A DNA stretch of 54,925 nt, taken from assembly GCA_024711065.1 (NCBI GenBank), contig JANJTN010000035.1, positions 1-54,925 of the forward strand. The letters are read 5' to 3'. Both the position numbers and the translations under genes were made by a program. Shown one piece after another: positions 53,266-54,925 of the stretch; position 1 is the stretch's first letter, and the number at the start of each line of letters is the position of its first letter. This DNA is from a bacterium. Lineage in GTDB: Bacteria; Bacteroidota; Ignavibacteria; Kapaibacteriales; Kapaibacteriaceae. Under the pieces are notes generated by a model. That model was not told where the DNA came from, did not search any database, and saw only the letters and a list, made by a program, of their open reading frames with translations.

Positions 53266-54308
53266 GACCCCTGGCCTTTCTCGGGAGCGCGATGTACAGC
53301 CAGGAAAGCCCGCAACAGCTGTTCGGTGTCGCCATCGGCTGTCAGCTCGCCGAACGAGTCCTGGCCACCCGCTGCGGTCAGTCGCGATGCGCCACCTTCT
53401 TCGGTGCGTCCGTACATCAGCACGGCGGCATACGTGATCAAGAGCATGAACTCCAGGCCGAGAGCGGCCAGCACCACGCTGGGGTCGGTAGCCGGCAGGA
53501 ATTTCAGACCGCGAATACCGATCACGATGATCAGGACGGCGGCACCCATGTAGACCAGCCCAAGTACGGCGTTGGCATAGCGATCCGTGAAGTACTCTCG
53601 CATGTAGAACTTCACGGCGTCGTGGGTCTTGAGCATGCGATTCAGGCCGTTGGCTTCGCGCCACAAGAGCGCTTTTTGCAGCAGTTCCAGGTCGGTAAAG
53701 GGCAGGCCGTAGACGTCGGTAAGATCGTGCAATCGCCGCGCATCGGCACGGGTGATCTCCCGGATCAGTTGCTGGATCTCTTCCGGCGTGTGCTCGCCGA
53801 ACTGTGCCACGGCCAGGCGATCCAGGGCCACGAGGACCTCGCGCTCGATCTTCTGTGACAGATACCCCAGCAGGCCCGAGAACATGGACGTGATCAGGGC
53901 CGCCATCAGGAGTCCACCAACCACCACCAATGGGGCCAAGGCGACCAACGGACGAAAGATGTACTCTGCACGATACTGCGGCCGGAGCGATACCTCTGTA
54001 CCTTCCAGCGCGATCCTCGGCTCCTTGCCCGGTGTGGCCGACCTCGGGTCTACCAGCGCCCACGTACTGAGTTCGCCGGTGATCACCACTTCGTCCTGAC
54101 GGTTCTCAGCGATCCGATAGGTCACCGCCGTACCATCATTGATCACTTCACTCCGCAGGAAGCTCTCGAAGAACACCTCCAGCAAGGGGCTGGCCACCAT
54201 CACAAACAGGAACACCGAGCTGGCAATGGCCAATAGCCAGAAGGTCATCACCTGCGATGGTGAATGCTCGCTTAACTCAACAACTCGGGACCGGGTGGTA
54301 GCTGCCAT
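53262..54308 (-). CDS. Four-TM membrane protein of unknown function (348 aa)
   Basis: Four hydrophobic helices: FWLLAIASSVFLFVMVASPLL, LAPLVVVGGLLMAALITSMFSGLLGYL, LGLVYMGAAVLIIVIGI and VVLAALGLEFMLLITYAAVLMY. There is a ~95-aa external loop and a ~110-aa internal loop. No family recognised. Confidence 0.65.
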   Translation of the reverse strand: MAATTRSRVVELSEHSPSQVMTFWLLAIASSVFLFVMVASPLLEVFFESFLRSEVINDGTAVTYRIAENRQDEVVITGELSTWALVDPRSATPGKEPRIALEGTEVSLRPQYRAEYIFRPLVALAPLVVVGGLLMAALITSMFSGLLGYLSQKIEREVLVALDRLAVAQFGEHTPEEIQQLIREITRADARRLHDLTDVYGLPFTDLELLQKALLWREANGLNRMLKTHDAVKFYMREYFTDRYANAVLGLVYMGAAVLIIVIGIRGLKFLPATDPSVVLAALGLEFMLLITYAAVLMYGRTEEGGASRLTAAGGQDSFGELTADGDTEQLLRAFLAVHRAPEKGQGS

Positions 54309-54314
54309 GGGCCA

Positions 54315-54363
54315 ATCTGCTAATCTGCTGATCTGCTAATGCTCGATTACTCGATCACTCGAG
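54315..54363. repeat. Two short tandem octamer arrays in the leader of the 4-TM/NTPase operon
   Basis: ATCTGCT(A/G) occurs three times at 54315-54338. TCGAT(T/C)AC occurs twice, plus a partial TCGAG, at 54343-54363. The array starts 7 nt from the ATG at 54308. Confidence 0.85.
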
Positions 54364-54398
54364 TTCTCCCGAAAGGTACAGCAATTACCGTGCAGAAT

Positions 54399-54925
54399 CT
54401 AGGTGGTGGCAGCAGACGACGATGTGGCTTGCCAAACGTGTCGGCGGATCCGGTAGACCACATGTTCTCGAAGGGGGCTTCCCACGGGCACGGCGGGGTG
54501 GTCGAACGTCTCGGCGTCGCGCGTCATACCCAGGCGTTCCATCACGCGGTACGAGCGAACGTTGGTCGTTGCCGTAAAGGCAACGACCTCGTTTCGGCCA
54601 AGGACGCCGAAGGCGTAGTCCAGCGAGGCGCGAGCGCCTTCCGTGGCTAGCCCCTTTCCCCAGAATGTCTGGTGCAGTCGCCAGCCCACTTCGATACAGG
54701 GCGAGATGGGAAGGCCTTCCGGACGATCCGCCAGGCCGATCATGCCAACGAATGCACCGGTGGAGCGGAGTTCAGTGGCCCAGAAGCCGAAGCCGTGATC
54801 TGAGATCCGTTGCTGGAGTGTAGCGAACGCCGCATCGCTCTGTTCTCGATCGAGCGGAGCGGGGAAGAACTCCATCACCGTGGGGTCGGCATTGAGTGCT
54901 GCCCAGGCGTGCGCTGGGCTCCAAA
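54399..54925 (-). CDS. GNAT-family N-acetyltransferase (RimJ/RimL-like), 5' end outside the window
   Basis: The frame stays open upstream of the track start (GTG 54878) to the window edge (...WSPAHAWAALNADPTVMEFFP). The acetyl-CoA motif region is VVAFTATTNVRSYRVMERLGM. Confidence 0.8.
   Translation of the reverse strand, partial: WSPAHAWAALNADPTVMEFFPAPLDREQSDAAFATLQQRISDHGFGFWATELRSTGAFVGMIGLADRPEGLPISPCIEVGWRLHQTFWGKGLATEGARASLDYAFGVLGRNEVVAFTATTNVRSYRVMERLGMTRDAETFDHPAVPVGSPLREHVVYRIRRHVWQATSSSAATT

Overview
This is a densely coding, high-GC (about 60% by eye) bacterial chromosomal window. Three signals point to an FCB-superphylum organism (Bacteroidota/Rhodothermota/Ignavibacteriota-like), though I cannot name the species: five proteins end in T9SS-type C-terminal sorting domains, TAnnTTTG -7-type promoter octamers recur, and the atpZ/I-B-E-F-H-A-G operon lacks atpD/atpC.

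Nt 1-22,400 are housekeeping genes: clpC, a family-4 uracil-DNA glycosylase, ddl, and a PfkB/adenosine kinase. They also hold the F1Fo operon, which has hldD wedged between atpA and atpG and three translationally coupled membrane-protein genes appended. After that come a crtB-like gene (minus strand), radA, and an ECF sigma / anti-sigma / unknown / obg chain joined by 4-nt overlaps.

Nt 22,400-49,800 look like an accessory island of secreted surface proteins. It starts with a ~3,791-aa T9SS cargo: an NIDO-like N-terminal domain, about 30 two-Cys PKD-like modules, and 5 short Ig-like modules. This is followed by a Reeler-like protein with a CX4CH motif and a BNR-propeller/Ig protein. The island also contains a paaBCD set without paaA, a 1,162-aa T9SS cargo upstream of a TonB-dependent receptor, an OmpR/PhoR-like two-component pair, and a 950-aa BNR/sialidase-like cargo.

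The right end encodes a degenerate-rhodanese fusion protein and a translationally coupled 4-TM protein plus AAA_16/STAND-like NTPase. That pair and the giant-adhesin island are my best candidates for something undescribed.

I recognised no rRNA, tRNA, CRISPR array, transposase or integrase. All family names come from motif recognition by eye, not from database searches. Domain boundaries are approximate.
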